Assembly (NCBI GenBank): GCA_024704765.1
Contig: JAKMXF010000303.1
Location: 264,790-328,789, forward strand
Source of the DNA: Oopsacas minuta
Taxonomy: Eukaryota > Animalia > Porifera
Length of the DNA stretch: 64,000 nucleotides
Reading direction: 5' to 3'
The translations under genes and the position numbers were made by a program. The notes below the pieces were generated by a model. That model was not told the origin of the DNA, searched no databases, and saw only the letters and a list, made by a program, of their open reading frames with translations. Positions 41,787 through 53,658 of the stretch are shown here, one piece after another. Each line of letters opens with the position of its first letter. Positions within the stretch are counted from its first letter, which is position 1.

Positions 41787-44700
41787 TCAACCATCAAGAG
41801 CTTCCAATACTGTACGACGATGCCAGAATGCTACCTGTAAAATGAAGCAGCAAGCTAGACTAGCAATGAAGAAAGTAGCATGGATTGAGTACAAAGTGAA
41901 GATAATGAAGTTGAGTGGCACACCAATGGTGCTTATAGAAACTAGTGCTATCTTATCTCCCATCTTGTAAGCGTTGATAAAATTGAAATGGAAAGGTATA
42001 TTTATTGATATAATGATAACTTCAAAAATAGTCAGCCAGCTCAAACGGTGTAGGATTAATATCTCAGCGAAATAATAAGCGTGTAGGAAGAGATCAAATG
42101 CAGCAAGGGAAGGCCAGAGCCTATTCTCAGAGTGAATAGAAGAGATCAATAAATTATCATTCTGCATCAACAACAGTATTACGCTACCAAATAGGAAAGA
42201 AAGTTCAATCTCGTGTTGAAACGGAGAAAAGATGAGAGAAATATACGCAACGAAACAACTAAAGTTAGCTATAAGAGGATAATATGTCGTCTCAATCTCC
42301 ATAAACCCAGAGGTCTCATCTCCCCCCAGTGCGTATTTCTTCACCTGCTGCTTCAGCTTATATCCTACCGCAATTACCAGACAGTTAATCACCCAGAACT
42401 GAGAGCACTTTATATCGTTAACACGAAACTGAATTTGAACATAAGCGAATACGAACTGTAGTACAAATGTACCTAGCAACACGAAATATGTGAGTATGTC
42501 TTGGTAACAAGGAGGCTGTTGAGGAGATGCTACTACAGCTCTATAGAGGAGATATGACGTCACACTTCCTGATAGACCGTATATTTGCCAGAGCAGGTTA
42601 GGAAATGGACCTAACAACAAAGCTATCCTCAGTCCTATCAACCAACCAGATACAAGACAAGTAGTTTGAATGAATCTGAATCTCTGTTTCCACTCCAGGA
42701 TATGAGATAAGAAGAAATGTATTCCAACAAATGATATAATAGAGAAGAGAGACCAGTCAATAACTAGTCTCCAGCTTACAGCTAGTAGCAATCCCTTCTC
42801 TCTGAGAGGAGAGATATCACTCTCCATGCCTAGTATAATATGGATAGCACTGAGTAGCTCTGATATCTCTAGACTGGGTTTAAAACTGTTGAGTAGAGTG
42901 GAACAGCCTCCACACACAATGACAACCCCTGCTAGTAACTTCTTGGTAGCCTGACCTCTCATCTGGTCAGGTCGTGCCAGGAGCAGACCCACGGATAAGC
43001 AGAAGGCAGTTAGTGTGATAGCTAACAGATCTGCTGGAGTAGGAGAGTTGATGTAAGCAAGAGAGAGAGCTGGCTTAATCAGTGATTGTTGAGACAGTAA
43101 TAACGTCAGTAGCATGATACCAGCATAAGCTAATCTCTTTATACCTACTAGCTCTGTGTCAAACCTCAGAGCTCCTAGCGTCAGTAATGCTATTACGAAG
43201 CCTGGCAGGAAGCTGGGGAGAGCTGATGTCTATGATATAAACAATAATATCACGTATAACTTGATTAGTATCAATTAGATTAGTGGTAACCTTTTTCGCC
43301 CGTGGACAACCTATACCAAATTTAACACATTCTGTTGACCTCCTCTCATAGACTGCAATACAAAACAATCCAGGTAGAGAACAGCTGTATTAGATCAGTG
43401 GTTCTCAACCTAGGGTCTGTGGCCCTAAAAAGTTTGCATTATCTTTACTGGCTAGCGGTCTACAGACCCAATAAAATTGGCCAAAGGGGTCCGTGGGTGA
43501 AAAAGGTAGAATCACTGTATTAGATCATAAGCATACTTACCTGTGAGAACTCTATGTTAGTGTGAGATAGGTCAGGGAGCATCCATACTAGTTTGGTTAA
43601 GTGCAGACTAGCACTGACCCATGAGACCGTGAGTTTAAGAGACTTGCTCCTGTGTAGACGGTCTGTTACCATCATGCCTGCAGCAGAGGTAGATAGGAAC
43701 ATCCAGTAGGAGTAGAGCTCTTCTCTCACCAGCCAATACTCACAGAGTAGTATCCCGGATAAATGTAACAGATACAGAGGAGAGGGTATATTCCTCCATT
43801 TGTACATTAATACTACAGACAGGATAGCTGTACAGAGGAGTAGCAGTAGGAACAGCTGGAGAGAAAACTCTATCCCCCATGCTATTAGGGGCCCGGAATA
43901 TTCTAGTCTCCAGGGGAGGAAGTAAGAAGCTGTGACGTAGAATATACTCAGCAGAACACATACTAGTTTGAGTCTAGCAGATCGTTTCTCTGCTGCACTG
44001 ACTATAGTAGCAAATAGACCAGCTAATACTAGCAGGATAGGGAGAGATACAGACCAGTTAATTAAGAATGTCTCTTTAGAGAATATGAGACTACCTGTAA
44101 CAACTGCTACACATCCAGACACAGCCCTGACATATACCAGAGGAGAGCTGTTACCCATTGTATACCCACCCAAGAACCAGAATAGTCTAGCTTTAGATAG
44201 GAGAGTGAGTAGAAATATTTGGAGAGAGAATACCCATACTAGTCTAATCGGTTGCAGCTGCTCTCCTAGTATCAGAACCTTATATATATTACAGATGAAT
44301 TCTACTCCACAGGGAGCCATGAGAGAGCCAGCTGTTAGGATAGCTGTCATAGGACGAGTAAGTATAACTACTGGGAACTTAGTAGAACCGGGACGATAGA
44401 AGGAGGAAGTAATGGGTACAAAATACAGGAAGGCAATGGCTGACATCACAAAACATGAGATAGTACCTATATAGTGTATACTGAATAGGAAGAGACAAGC
44501 CCACAGGTACACAAGGAATAGGAGAGGAGGAACTAGTACAAACATTAGCTCCTCTATCAGTACACACATAGCAGGCTCTGTAACTCTCAAATGTGGGAAT
44601 TGTAGAAGTGTCCATCCTCCTAGACCTATTATGAAGCTATAGGTAAGACTCAGGAGGGGTGTGTTCATGAAAGATCTCCATATCAGGGGGAGTATGGAGA

Positions 44701-45690
44701 AGAAGTTAGCAACCTACACAATAGATAAGGAATACCATATTAATAGTAGTAACTAGTGCTCATATATTAGCAATATTCCCTTAATGAGAATTTTTTCATG
44801 GATTTAGAGTCCATTTTGTATTAGAAATAATTATTTCAATACAGTAGACCCTCTCTAATCCGAACAGGCTAAAGATGCTATACAACTTTTGGAAATGTTG
44901 TAAAATGTTCATAAATAACTATTTGTATCCAATTCTACTGGGGACAAATACATATTACTATTTACACATGTTGGCAGCCTTTTCATCGTATGTACAACAT
45001 TCGAAAAATGCACCATAGATCCTATAGTATTGTTTCAATGCATTTCGCTAATCAGAACGAATTAGGTATATTTGAATTGAAACAATGCTGTTTGGATTAG
45101 CGAGGATGTACTGTAGAAGTTCGCGTATTAGTAAGGGAAATTAGTGCAAATACGACTTGCCAATAGGAAAACTCCACTGAACTGCTATGATGCTGTATAA
45201 TATAACTCACCTCAGCTGATATTATCGTAATCAGACACACCAATAGAGAGTGTTTAGGTAAACTGAAATTAAGTGTGAAATATATAGCTAGAGCTCCTAT
45301 ACAGAGAGTAGCTAGGAGACCCTTGCCTGAGAGAGATAGGACCACGAATAGGGCGGGGAATATACCTATAGCTAATCTCAAATTGTGTGAGAAGGGAGAG
45401 TTCTGGAACCAGGAGGGTGGATGTTTAAAATCTTTAGATTTGATAGGATTCTGGTTAATGAGGTCTTTGAAAGGAGCTTCATACTCCTGTTGTATCTGTG
45501 TAGCATCGTCTAGAGATATGGTGTTAGGAACCCTAGCTCTAAGACCACTGCCCTCTCCATCTATATCTACAGGCGCCAATACAGATGTATAGAGTTCTGA
45601 GGTGTTGTTACCTGGATCTTGTTGTAAATTTGTTACTATCGTTACGTTATGACCTGGCACTATCTCAGATTGTTCTGTTAGAGTCGCCAT
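41787..45690 (-). CDS. NO EXINE FORMATION 1 (NEF1)-like polytopic membrane protein, join(45211..45690,43541..44713,41787..43229), 1031 aa
   Basis: Three hydrophobic ORFs join through phase-0 GT-AG introns (exon lengths 480, 1173, 1443 nt). Co-linear similarity to plant NEF1, as recalled, at N-terminal, middle and C-terminal segments. Confidence 0.8.
43396..43517. mobile_element. hAT (Charlie-like) MITE with perfect 8-bp TSD, in NEF1-like intron 2
   Basis: cagtggttctcaacct...aggtagaatcactg flanked by TATTAGAT on both sides; same family as 27613-27699. Confidence 0.85.
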
Positions 45691-46483
45691 ACAGACTATT
45701 ATAATAGCCTATAACAAGAATAAAGTACAGAAAATGTTTTATGTAGAATATTAATATAATATTTCTATGATAATATTCCCCATAGCATCCTATACATGTA
45801 TAGAATACTATGTATCACCATATTAAGCTCGGGCACAATCTGACAAACTTTAGGAATATTTAATTCTCTCTCAATCAGGTCTTGTAGATGTTCTATGGAA
45901 GGATGAAAATCCTTCCCACTGATGCGAATTTTCTCTCGATGAACATTTCCATCGTTCAACCTGTTACCATCAACACTACCTCAATGTAATTATTGTTGTT
46001 ATTTTCATAATTAAACACAATGAATCTTTGGAAGGAAACAAAGTTAGTCAATAAATGTACTACCAACCACAATTCACAAACAAAGGGCGATTTGCGAGCA
46101 CTACTTTGACTCACATAACTTCATAACCCCTCCACAGATTATCCTGATATTTCATTAACATATATATCTCAAGTGTAGCTTTCCGCCATTTAAATTGTTA
46201 ACACTTAGCATTAAGGATAATCTGTGGAGGGTTATGAAGTTATGAGAGTCAAAGTGGTGCAAACTTTTTGCTGCTAAACGTGCTGCTAACTTCACATCCA
46301 CACATAAGCATACCATAAATGATAAATCCACGAATAAGCGCCAGGAGTTCGTCTAGCCGAAATATAAAGATCTCAAGCTGGGCATAAAACTGTGCTCTAT
46401 ATACATTAATTCATATTTAAATGCATAATACAGAAAAAACAAAACAATAATAAGACTCTACTGAGTTCTACCAAGTTGAGAGT

Positions 46484-47995
46484 TCATTTATTTCTTATCA
46501 TAATCTTTATGTTGAGACAATTTCCAATTAAGAGATCTCTATTGAAGATGTAATCATGAGATATCAAATTAGCACATCCGTAAGCAGAGTTCCTGGGTCC
46601 CTCCGGTCTGACAAAGAAATGAATGTTCTTCTCGCTGAGTATGATAGAGTTTGTTACAGCTTCGTTACCTTGTTTGTCTAGAATAGCGAAAATAAACCTG
46701 TCATTCCCCATTCTGAAAGGCCAGGCAATCTCATTATCATACGGGCCCTTGAATAGCGTGATAAATAGTCCCATGTTTGGGATAGAATTACAGAAGAATC
46801 TGACTGATGGATGGAATAGGTAGCGACCTACGTAGAAGGAGGGTCCCCACTTCTCCTTCTTTTCTTCCATCATCTTAGATATATTCTCTATCTTCCAAAC
46901 AACCCCTACCCCCCTAATATCCTGACTTCTGAGTAGAATCTGAACCTCTCTGTTGAGATCCTCAATTGGATCAGTTCTATTACGCACACAGGTTGTAACA
47001 GTGATACAGTCTCCAGAGCAGTAGTCTGAGAGGAGAGAGGAGATGGATACCAGCTCAGCGGTACCAGGAGCCTTGTTCCTACTGCTTTCTGGCCTTTTGA
47101 AGTTATCAGTATTCGATTCACTAGTAGATACAGTGAGAAGTGTCACTTCAGTCCCACATGTCTTTCTCAAGGTGAATACGAACTTCTCTCTGTCCAGGCG
47201 GAAGGGCCAGATCATGTCTTGATCTCTCTCACCTCTCACCAGACACAAGAACAGAGCTACGTACGAGGTATCTTCATACCCGAAAGCAAGCATTATCTGA
47301 AATTTGTATCCATCTACGTAGAAGTAAGGGCCCCATATCTTAGCTCTCTCTTCTATTTGCTGTGCTACACCAGTGACTACCCACGACACTCCGTCTGCCC
47401 GTATTCTATTACTGAGCTTTACAGCCTCTATCTGAGCAGCTAGTAACCTTGTCTGTTGTTTTAAACTAGATTCTAACTCTAAATTCCTAACCGTCAATGC
47501 TTCTATCTTTATATTGCTACTATCTAATTTCAGTGTACACTTTTTAACTTGTTCTAGCAGCTGTAGCATATGTTCATTACAGCTCTCTTTTAAATGAGAA
47601 TCAATCTTTCCTCTTTGTATCAGTGTTTTACAGCCGTATTCTGAATATACACAGCTCTTAGCTCTGTACACGCAATGCTCAAAATGTTGTTGTACTTTAG
47701 GTATTACATCTACCCATATACAGCCGTGTGTGTGTAGAGGACATTGTATCCTGAGCTCTGCTACCGTCTCACCTACTACTCCAGGATCTACACCCTCACT
47801 ATGTGAATCATCGTGCTGTTTGAAACATTCTTCTCTCATAACTCCACCACACACACGACATATTAGCATCTTCTCCTCTAGCTCGGTTAACTCTTTAATT
47901 AGTAGATCCTTCCTGTATCCCCCTAGTACAGGTTGTTCATTGTTCTTTCCTACGTGCTCGTATAGTAACTCATACGCCGAAATATTCGTGCACAT
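46484..47995 (-). CDS. TRAF-like protein: degenerate RING, TRAF zinc finger, coiled coil, two tandem MATH domains; intronless 503 aa
   Basis: CRVC..., CPLHTHGC...HFEHC...CVYSEYGC...HLKESC.EHM, then two MATH repeats (WGPYFYVDGYKF...LFLCLVRGERDQDMIWPF; WGPSFYVGRYLF...LFITLFKGPYDNEIAWPF). Confidence 0.85.
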   Translation of the reverse strand: MCTNISAYELLYEHVGKNNEQPVLGGYRKDLLIKELTELEEKMLICRVCGGVMREECFKQHDDSHSEGVDPGVVGETVAELRIQCPLHTHGCIWVDVIPKVQQHFEHCVYRAKSCVYSEYGCKTLIQRGKIDSHLKESCNEHMLQLLEQVKKCTLKLDSSNIKIEALTVRNLELESSLKQQTRLLAAQIEAVKLSNRIRADGVSWVVTGVAQQIEERAKIWGPYFYVDGYKFQIMLAFGYEDTSYVALFLCLVRGERDQDMIWPFRLDREKFVFTLRKTCGTEVTLLTVSTSESNTDNFKRPESSRNKAPGTAELVSISSLLSDYCSGDCITVTTCVRNRTDPIEDLNREVQILLRSQDIRGVGVVWKIENISKMMEEKKEKWGPSFYVGRYLFHPSVRFFCNSIPNMGLFITLFKGPYDNEIAWPFRMGNDRFIFAILDKQGNEAVTNSIILSEKNIHFFVRPEGPRNSAYGCANLISHDYIFNRDLLIGNCLNIKIMIRNK

Positions 47996-48047
47996 CTACC
48001 CTCAGATTAATAGGATAATAATACGCACCTATATAATAACTCAATTA

Positions 48048-48205
48048 CATTGGGCATCGCTTATAAGAACACCGGTTGTAATAACATATCGAGTATAACA
48101 ACCATTTCCTGGAAAACGGTTCTCATATACTCTTGAATAAAATACACCGGTTATAAGAACATATTTTCCTACTATCAAGGGTGTTCTTATAAGCAATAAC
48201 CACTG
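48048..48205. mobile_element. pogo-like MITE
   Basis: cattgggcatcgcttataagaacacc / (rc) cagtggttattgcttataagaacacc, TA flanks. Confidence 0.65.
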
Positions 48206-48448
48206 TATTATACAGTCATAGTAGGTCATGATACAGTCTATTATCTGCAATCAAAGATGCCAACTCACATGGATTTTAACTATCCTCATAGATAATCATT
48301 GTCTCACGGATTGTGAGACACCAGGTTGGCTTATAGGTAATCACCTGTTGTATCTTATAAGAGATATCAAATATTAAACCTGTATAATTTAGAACTACGT
48401 ACAATAAACATACATCTTGCATAGCAACTAGAATGGAGTACAAATATG

Positions 48449-49863
48449 TTAGGCTAGCTTAGCTTTATGTTTCCCTTTGGTTTCGGGTCGTGGATACTCT
48501 TCAACTGTTTCATTCAAGCACTCCTGTTTTAGAAACTGATCCAATACCTTCTCTAACCCATCTTCATAACAAGCTACTTCTAGTCCCTCCCACTCAGCCT
48601 TAAATATTTTATTCATGTCTTGCTGCTTCAGACCAGCAGCCATAGTTTCTGCCTGGTCAGCAAACAATTTAGTCTGATCTAGAGCAGCACTAGTCTCCCC
48701 CAGGATGATAGGATATATTGAGCGTAGACCAAATGCACACAGTATGTAGAGACTCATGCTGCTTACCCAGCTAGCATCTAGATTCTCTATGTCTACACCG
48801 GTTTGTAACATCGGCTTGAATCTAGCTGTCAAGGGGAATGGTACCTAAGATGACATAAGTATACTTAACAACCCATTGTAATAATTCGGGATATTCGAAA
48901 AATTCGAAAAAAAGTTTTACATCCATCAATACTTTTCTGGCATTTAGGAAAAGGTACACAAATACAGTGGTAGTACCTCGAATATCCGAACTTGCTCCAG
49001 GTCCCAGTTCCTATTCCACTACGTTTAAACGACCTCAATCATTAGGACAGTAAATTATCCAAACGTTTTTTACCAGTCCGAATTAGTTCGGATAATCGAG
49101 GTTGTACTGAACTAGGATTCATGTAAATCCAGAGAGGTGTAAGATATTACTTATGAGAGTTAATACGTGATCTAGGTTATCACACACATCTACAAATATG
49201 AATCTCACTATACATACTGTTACTAATTGATATTGAATACAACCTGTTCAGAAATATAATTTACAATCAGCGCCCAGACGTTATTAATTACTCTACAGAG
49301 GGATGGCAAACATGTATAATATTTGGTATAGCTAGAATATCCATCTTAGTACCTTAGTAAGGAGAAACCCTGAGAACACATAAGACATCCATCCGCCGAT
49401 CAACATCATAGGAATTATGTGTGCCATCTTACCCATCTGCATATTGAGCATAGCTGAGGGATCCTGTAACATATTGAGGGTGGGACGGGTCTGTTTGAAG
49501 TACCCATCCTCAGGATCATTGAAATATGATTTGCGAGATAGAAATGCTTCCTTTGGGATTAGTCTATTGGAAAAGAATATACAATACAAACTCGGCATTA
49601 AATGTCCTACAAGGGAAGGAACCAAAAATATAGGCGATATTTAGGAGACAGACAACATACCCGCCATTACGAATAAGCTGCTTAGCTCTGACTAGTGCCT
49701 GACTGTCCTTGATCTCCTGGGGAGTTACATTCTTATCGTGTGGAGATGAGAATATAGTAGTGATATAATGAACGCAAATGTTGAATAAGAAAGTTATTAG
49801 AAAGATAGGGAGTAGTACCCACAGTCTGGTGGCAGGGTCTAGAGTAAGTTCTGTTTCCGACAT
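48449..49863 (-). CDS. EMC3: ER membrane protein complex subunit 3, join(49661..49863,49353..49563,48449..48844), 269 aa
   Basis: LDPATRLWVLLPI, IIPMMLIGGW, GFLLTKVPFPLTARFKPMLQ, LDASWVSSMS; junctions are in phase. Confidence 0.93.
48965..49109. mobile_element. pogo-like MITE in EMC3 intron 2
   Basis: cagt..agtacctcgaatatccgaact / agttcggataatcgaggttgtactg. Confidence 0.6.
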
Positions 49864-50490
49864 AGTGATAAGCTAATTGCATATGATATAAATCAGTGAG
49901 TAACAACTAACAAGTTGGTTATATACTGTGTTATAGTACCAGGTATAATAGCTAGAAATGGCTTGTCGTGAAGCTATCTACTAGACATGTTTATTTTCCT
50001 ATCAATTTGTCCTGAATAGGTAGGCAAAAATAGTTGAAATTACCATTTATTCATAGCTACTAGGCTATGCCATTAATTCCATCAATAAAATAAGTCTGTT
50101 CGATAGATATATCCCAACTGGATGCAATAAAAACAAATTCTTCTAGCTCTAGCTGGGCTTTTATACCTATATACGAGTCTATACCACTAGCTATATGTCT
50201 GTAATTCATATAACATAAGTACCTGAGAAGACAGGGGGTCGCCACAAAGAGCTATTACGAAAATATATGTATATATATGAGCGCCCTGGATCGAGACTTA
50301 ATATAGTAAAGAAGCATATTTAATAGCATATCAGCCAAGTACATTAACATAACATAATTACAGCTTGTTCATAAATACAGATTTTATGGAGATGATATAC
50401 TAATTATCAACAGGGTAGTGCGCATAGTGCGAGAACTAAAAATCTCCAATAAACTATACAATCAACTGTAAATTCGAATAATTACAAGTC

Positions 50491-51933
50491 TCAGAAGGAA
50501 TCCGAGGAGATTGGGTTAATACATTTAGAACCCTTTCTCTTCTTCACATATAGCTCACTCCTATTTATAGCTGATCTAGTGTCAGGGTTGAGCTTACGTT
50601 TATTGAGTTTGTTGGTGCATGTTGGGAGTATCTCTCTCAGCACCCTACGACTATTCACTTGTTTCTGAGCTGTGAAATACTTAACTAATCCATTGGAGTG
50701 TAGGAGAGGAGTGGGAGAGTATCTATACGGCTTCTTACCTGAGCTGATAAACTCCTCAATACAGAGACGGTGAATGAGAGCCCCGGCCTCAGCAGGAGAT
50801 ATCAGCATCTTCCTAGTCAGTGTGTTCTGTGTTATAGTACTCATGTCAGAACATGCCTGTAGACACCTCCTCCATATACACAGAGATTTAGCTTCATCTA
50901 CACTCAATCTAGCTAGCTGGTGTTCAGTAGAGTTATCAGTACTAACTGTACAATTCTCGCAAACATGATTTGTACTAGAAGTTGATTCTAGAATACCAAA
51001 ACACACCGCATGTTGTCTAATGCTACACAAACTACATGTTAATATTAATCCGGTATTATCCTCTACCCCACAGGGACATACCAGGTGACCAGCTGACCTA
51101 TTGACAGGTACCTGTGATAGAGATGACGTGTCCATATTACTGGGTACACATACTTCAATATCCTTAGTGATATCATCAGCTTTGGGAGTATCAGCTGGTT
51201 CTATCTGTTCCTCATCAAAATTAGAAGATAACGCCTTTACCCTCATCTGTATATCATGAAATGGTGTCTCCACACGTCCTACATCAATCAAGAATGCTTC
51301 TTCTTTGAAGGAGAAGTCCCCAGAAGAATTAGCCTCAAATCCATTAGGATGGTAGTCAGGAGGCGTGACGTCATCTAGATAGAATAGTTTTATAGCCATG
51401 TACACGTCATTGGGTAGAGGATCCAGAGTCTGTGTAAGCACAAGTATTGATCTCAAGAGTTTAATGGTAGCTCGTTTCACGTCTTCACACTGGGAGAGAT
51501 GAGAACTGCTAGCTATCTTCCTCTCATTACGGTAGATTTCAAGATAAGAATTATGAGCGTAGGAGAAACGGAATGTGTACGTTTCTATAGCAGTCTGGCT
51601 ATCTGATGGATCTAAGTATATTCCCAAGACTATCGTACGTAAATACTTTCTATCTAAAGCATCAAAACAACCTTTGACCCACTGAATCAGCTGGAACGCT
51701 CCAGGACACTTCCCATCCTCCTTCAGGACCTTCAGATTCATATTCTCCAACTTCTTATCACCAAAGGCAGCCTCTGGGAATATAGTTCTGAGATATGTTA
51801 TATTAGATACTGCTATTGCTAATAACTTTTTCACGAATACAGTAGACTGTTGGACTCCTAGAGTAGAGTTAGGGAAAATACTCTCCCACGTGCTGAGAGC
51901 ATTCTCAGGCCGTGTTTTTGTGATTAGAGCCAT
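50491..51933 (-). CDS. HORMAD1: Meiotic HORMA-domain protein (HORMAD/Hop1) with PHD and winged-helix-like region, intronless 480 aa
   Basis: KKLLAIAVSNITYLRTIFPE, GCFDALDRKYL, ETYTFRFSY, VGRVETPFH; PHD VCPCG...CSLCSIRQHAVCFG...CENC; basic C-terminal closure-like motif. Confidence 0.9.
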   Translation of the reverse strand: MALITKTRPENALSTWESIFPNSTLGVQQSTVFVKKLLAIAVSNITYLRTIFPEAAFGDKKLENMNLKVLKEDGKCPGAFQLIQWVKGCFDALDRKYLRTIVLGIYLDPSDSQTAIETYTFRFSYAHNSYLEIYRNERKIASSSHLSQCEDVKRATIKLLRSILVLTQTLDPLPNDVYMAIKLFYLDDVTPPDYHPNGFEANSSGDFSFKEEAFLIDVGRVETPFHDIQMRVKALSSNFDEEQIEPADTPKADDITKDIEVCVPSNMDTSSLSQVPVNRSAGHLVCPCGVEDNTGLILTCSLCSIRQHAVCFGILESTSSTNHVCENCTVSTDNSTEHQLARLSVDEAKSLCIWRRCLQACSDMSTITQNTLTRKMLISPAEAGALIHRLCIEEFISSGKKPYRYSPTPLLHSNGLVKYFTAQKQVNSRRVLREILPTCTNKLNKRKLNPDTRSAINRSELYVKKRKGSKCINPISSDSF

Positions 51934-52342
51934 GTGATCGGGTTATTGTCTAATTTAGAATACAATAAGTATAAATGATTTCAATAATAATCCTAAATTT
52001 TGAGGAATATTTACAGAGAGATAGAGTAGTTCTCAGAAAATGGAATTCTCTTGATATGAGAAACAGAGACGGTGGTCTTTGATTGGTAAATAGAGATTTA
52101 TAGTCGGAAATATTACAAATTATCAATGCATGAAATAGCAGCAAATTGAATCTGGACATGTCATACGTGTTTGTAAAGGAATTCACGACAACTTAGGTTT
52201 AAGGGACACGAATTGAATGAATGGAAAATCAATTACCAATAAACAAAAAAATGTAAAGCAGCAGGAAATCAATGATGAATGATGGAAGAAATTAAGAAAT
52301 GGTCAAATAAATGAGTAGGTTAAAGGGACATTGATAGTTTAA

Positions 52343-53365
52343 TTATTGTAATTTCAAAATGACTCTTGTACATGCATTAAATATAAATAGTTTGCAAAAC
52401 TGTCTTATTTCTCTGTTCCTCCAAAACTTAAATATTTCTATTTCTGGTTTTGGTTCATATTCTTTGTACTCTGTCCAATATCTCATCACCCAGTACTTTT
52501 TCAAAAATGTCGTTTCACTTTGATGTCTTTGTATTTCTCTCAAATAGTCATTCGCCCGTTGTACTGCATCATCTTTTGATATCAACTTCAGTGTATTTAT
52601 GTATGTTCTTACTACTGACTTCTTGATCATCTTCGTTCTTTGAATCCAATTGCTAAATCTGCTGTCTTTTTTTCCGAGATGGGATAATCCAACTTGAATG
52701 TTTCACCAGATTCTGGTAGTGTTGAGGAAGGTGTAGGTACATCTATTTCTGATGAGATTAACTTGCCAATGGCCTGTTCACCTGATTCTGCAACCGTTTC
52801 GAAGGGTATAGGTTCAGGAAGGCTCGTACCAGATTCCTTATTAGTTTCAACTATTCCATTTTCGATGCAAATTCAATTAGCTTTTGCTAATAGTGTTGCT
52901 TCTTTTCCCTCTTTGGTTGCTGATTATATTTTATGAGCTCTGAGCAATTGTTGATCTTAATAATACCTGCAAGTAATGAATGTTAATACATATAATAAAC
53001 TAATCCAATAGTATTTCAATTTTTATTGAGTAATAGGGATTTTTTTCCCATTTCACACATTTTTTTGCAGCATTGTGGCATTCTTACTACTCATCTGTAA
53101 GTGGTATTACTTATTATGGTAAAATGTATATTATGTGGAAATATTAAACTGACTGTTTTTGATAAACTACTTACAATTTCTCCAGAGTAGAAATGCCACA
53201 TGCTCTACCATCCACTATAACAGGACAGCATAAGTAGGTCTGCTGGGTATTGCTGTTATCTTTTCTCTTCTTATTACGAAGAATCATCATTTCGCGGACC
53301 TCTATTTCTGTATCCGGTGTACTAGAGTTAAGTGGCGTTTTAACTTTGAAATGAGTTTTCCACAA
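52343..53365 (-). pseudogene. Decayed coding-like remnant, possibly a hAT transposase
   Basis: Broken ORFs; YWTEYKEYEP...FKFWRNRE loosely resembles the hAT dimerisation region. Multiple stops. Confidence 0.25.
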
Positions 53366-53658
53366 ATGTTAAATACCTTTTTGTCACTACTTGTAAACCT
53401 AAGTTGTCGTGTATTAGATTAGAAATTACAGATTTGAAGAAATTTTCTAAATTAATCGCGGAGAAAATCAGTAATTAAAAGGGTTTATATTTCATTACAG
53501 TGATTACACCCTCACACATTCCTGATTGTAGATAATAATACGATAGAAATGACCAAAATAAGCTGTGTATTCATTAAAACTAGTAGTCCTTAGACTGCAC
53601 TACATAATTAACAAACAGAGGAGCTAAAACAATAATGAAATATAACAATAATCAGTTA

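Noticed and set aside
43385-43540. A 26-nt ancestral micro-intron expanded by the hAT MITE
   Set aside because: The AG at 43385 gives a stop in the required frame. The in-frame acceptor is at 43230, making an ordinary 311-bp intron.
45765-45975. Ubiquitin-like exon between NEF1-like and TRAF-like genes
   Set aside because: Short, non-ATG, no diagnostic motif and no partner exon; at most a decayed fragment.
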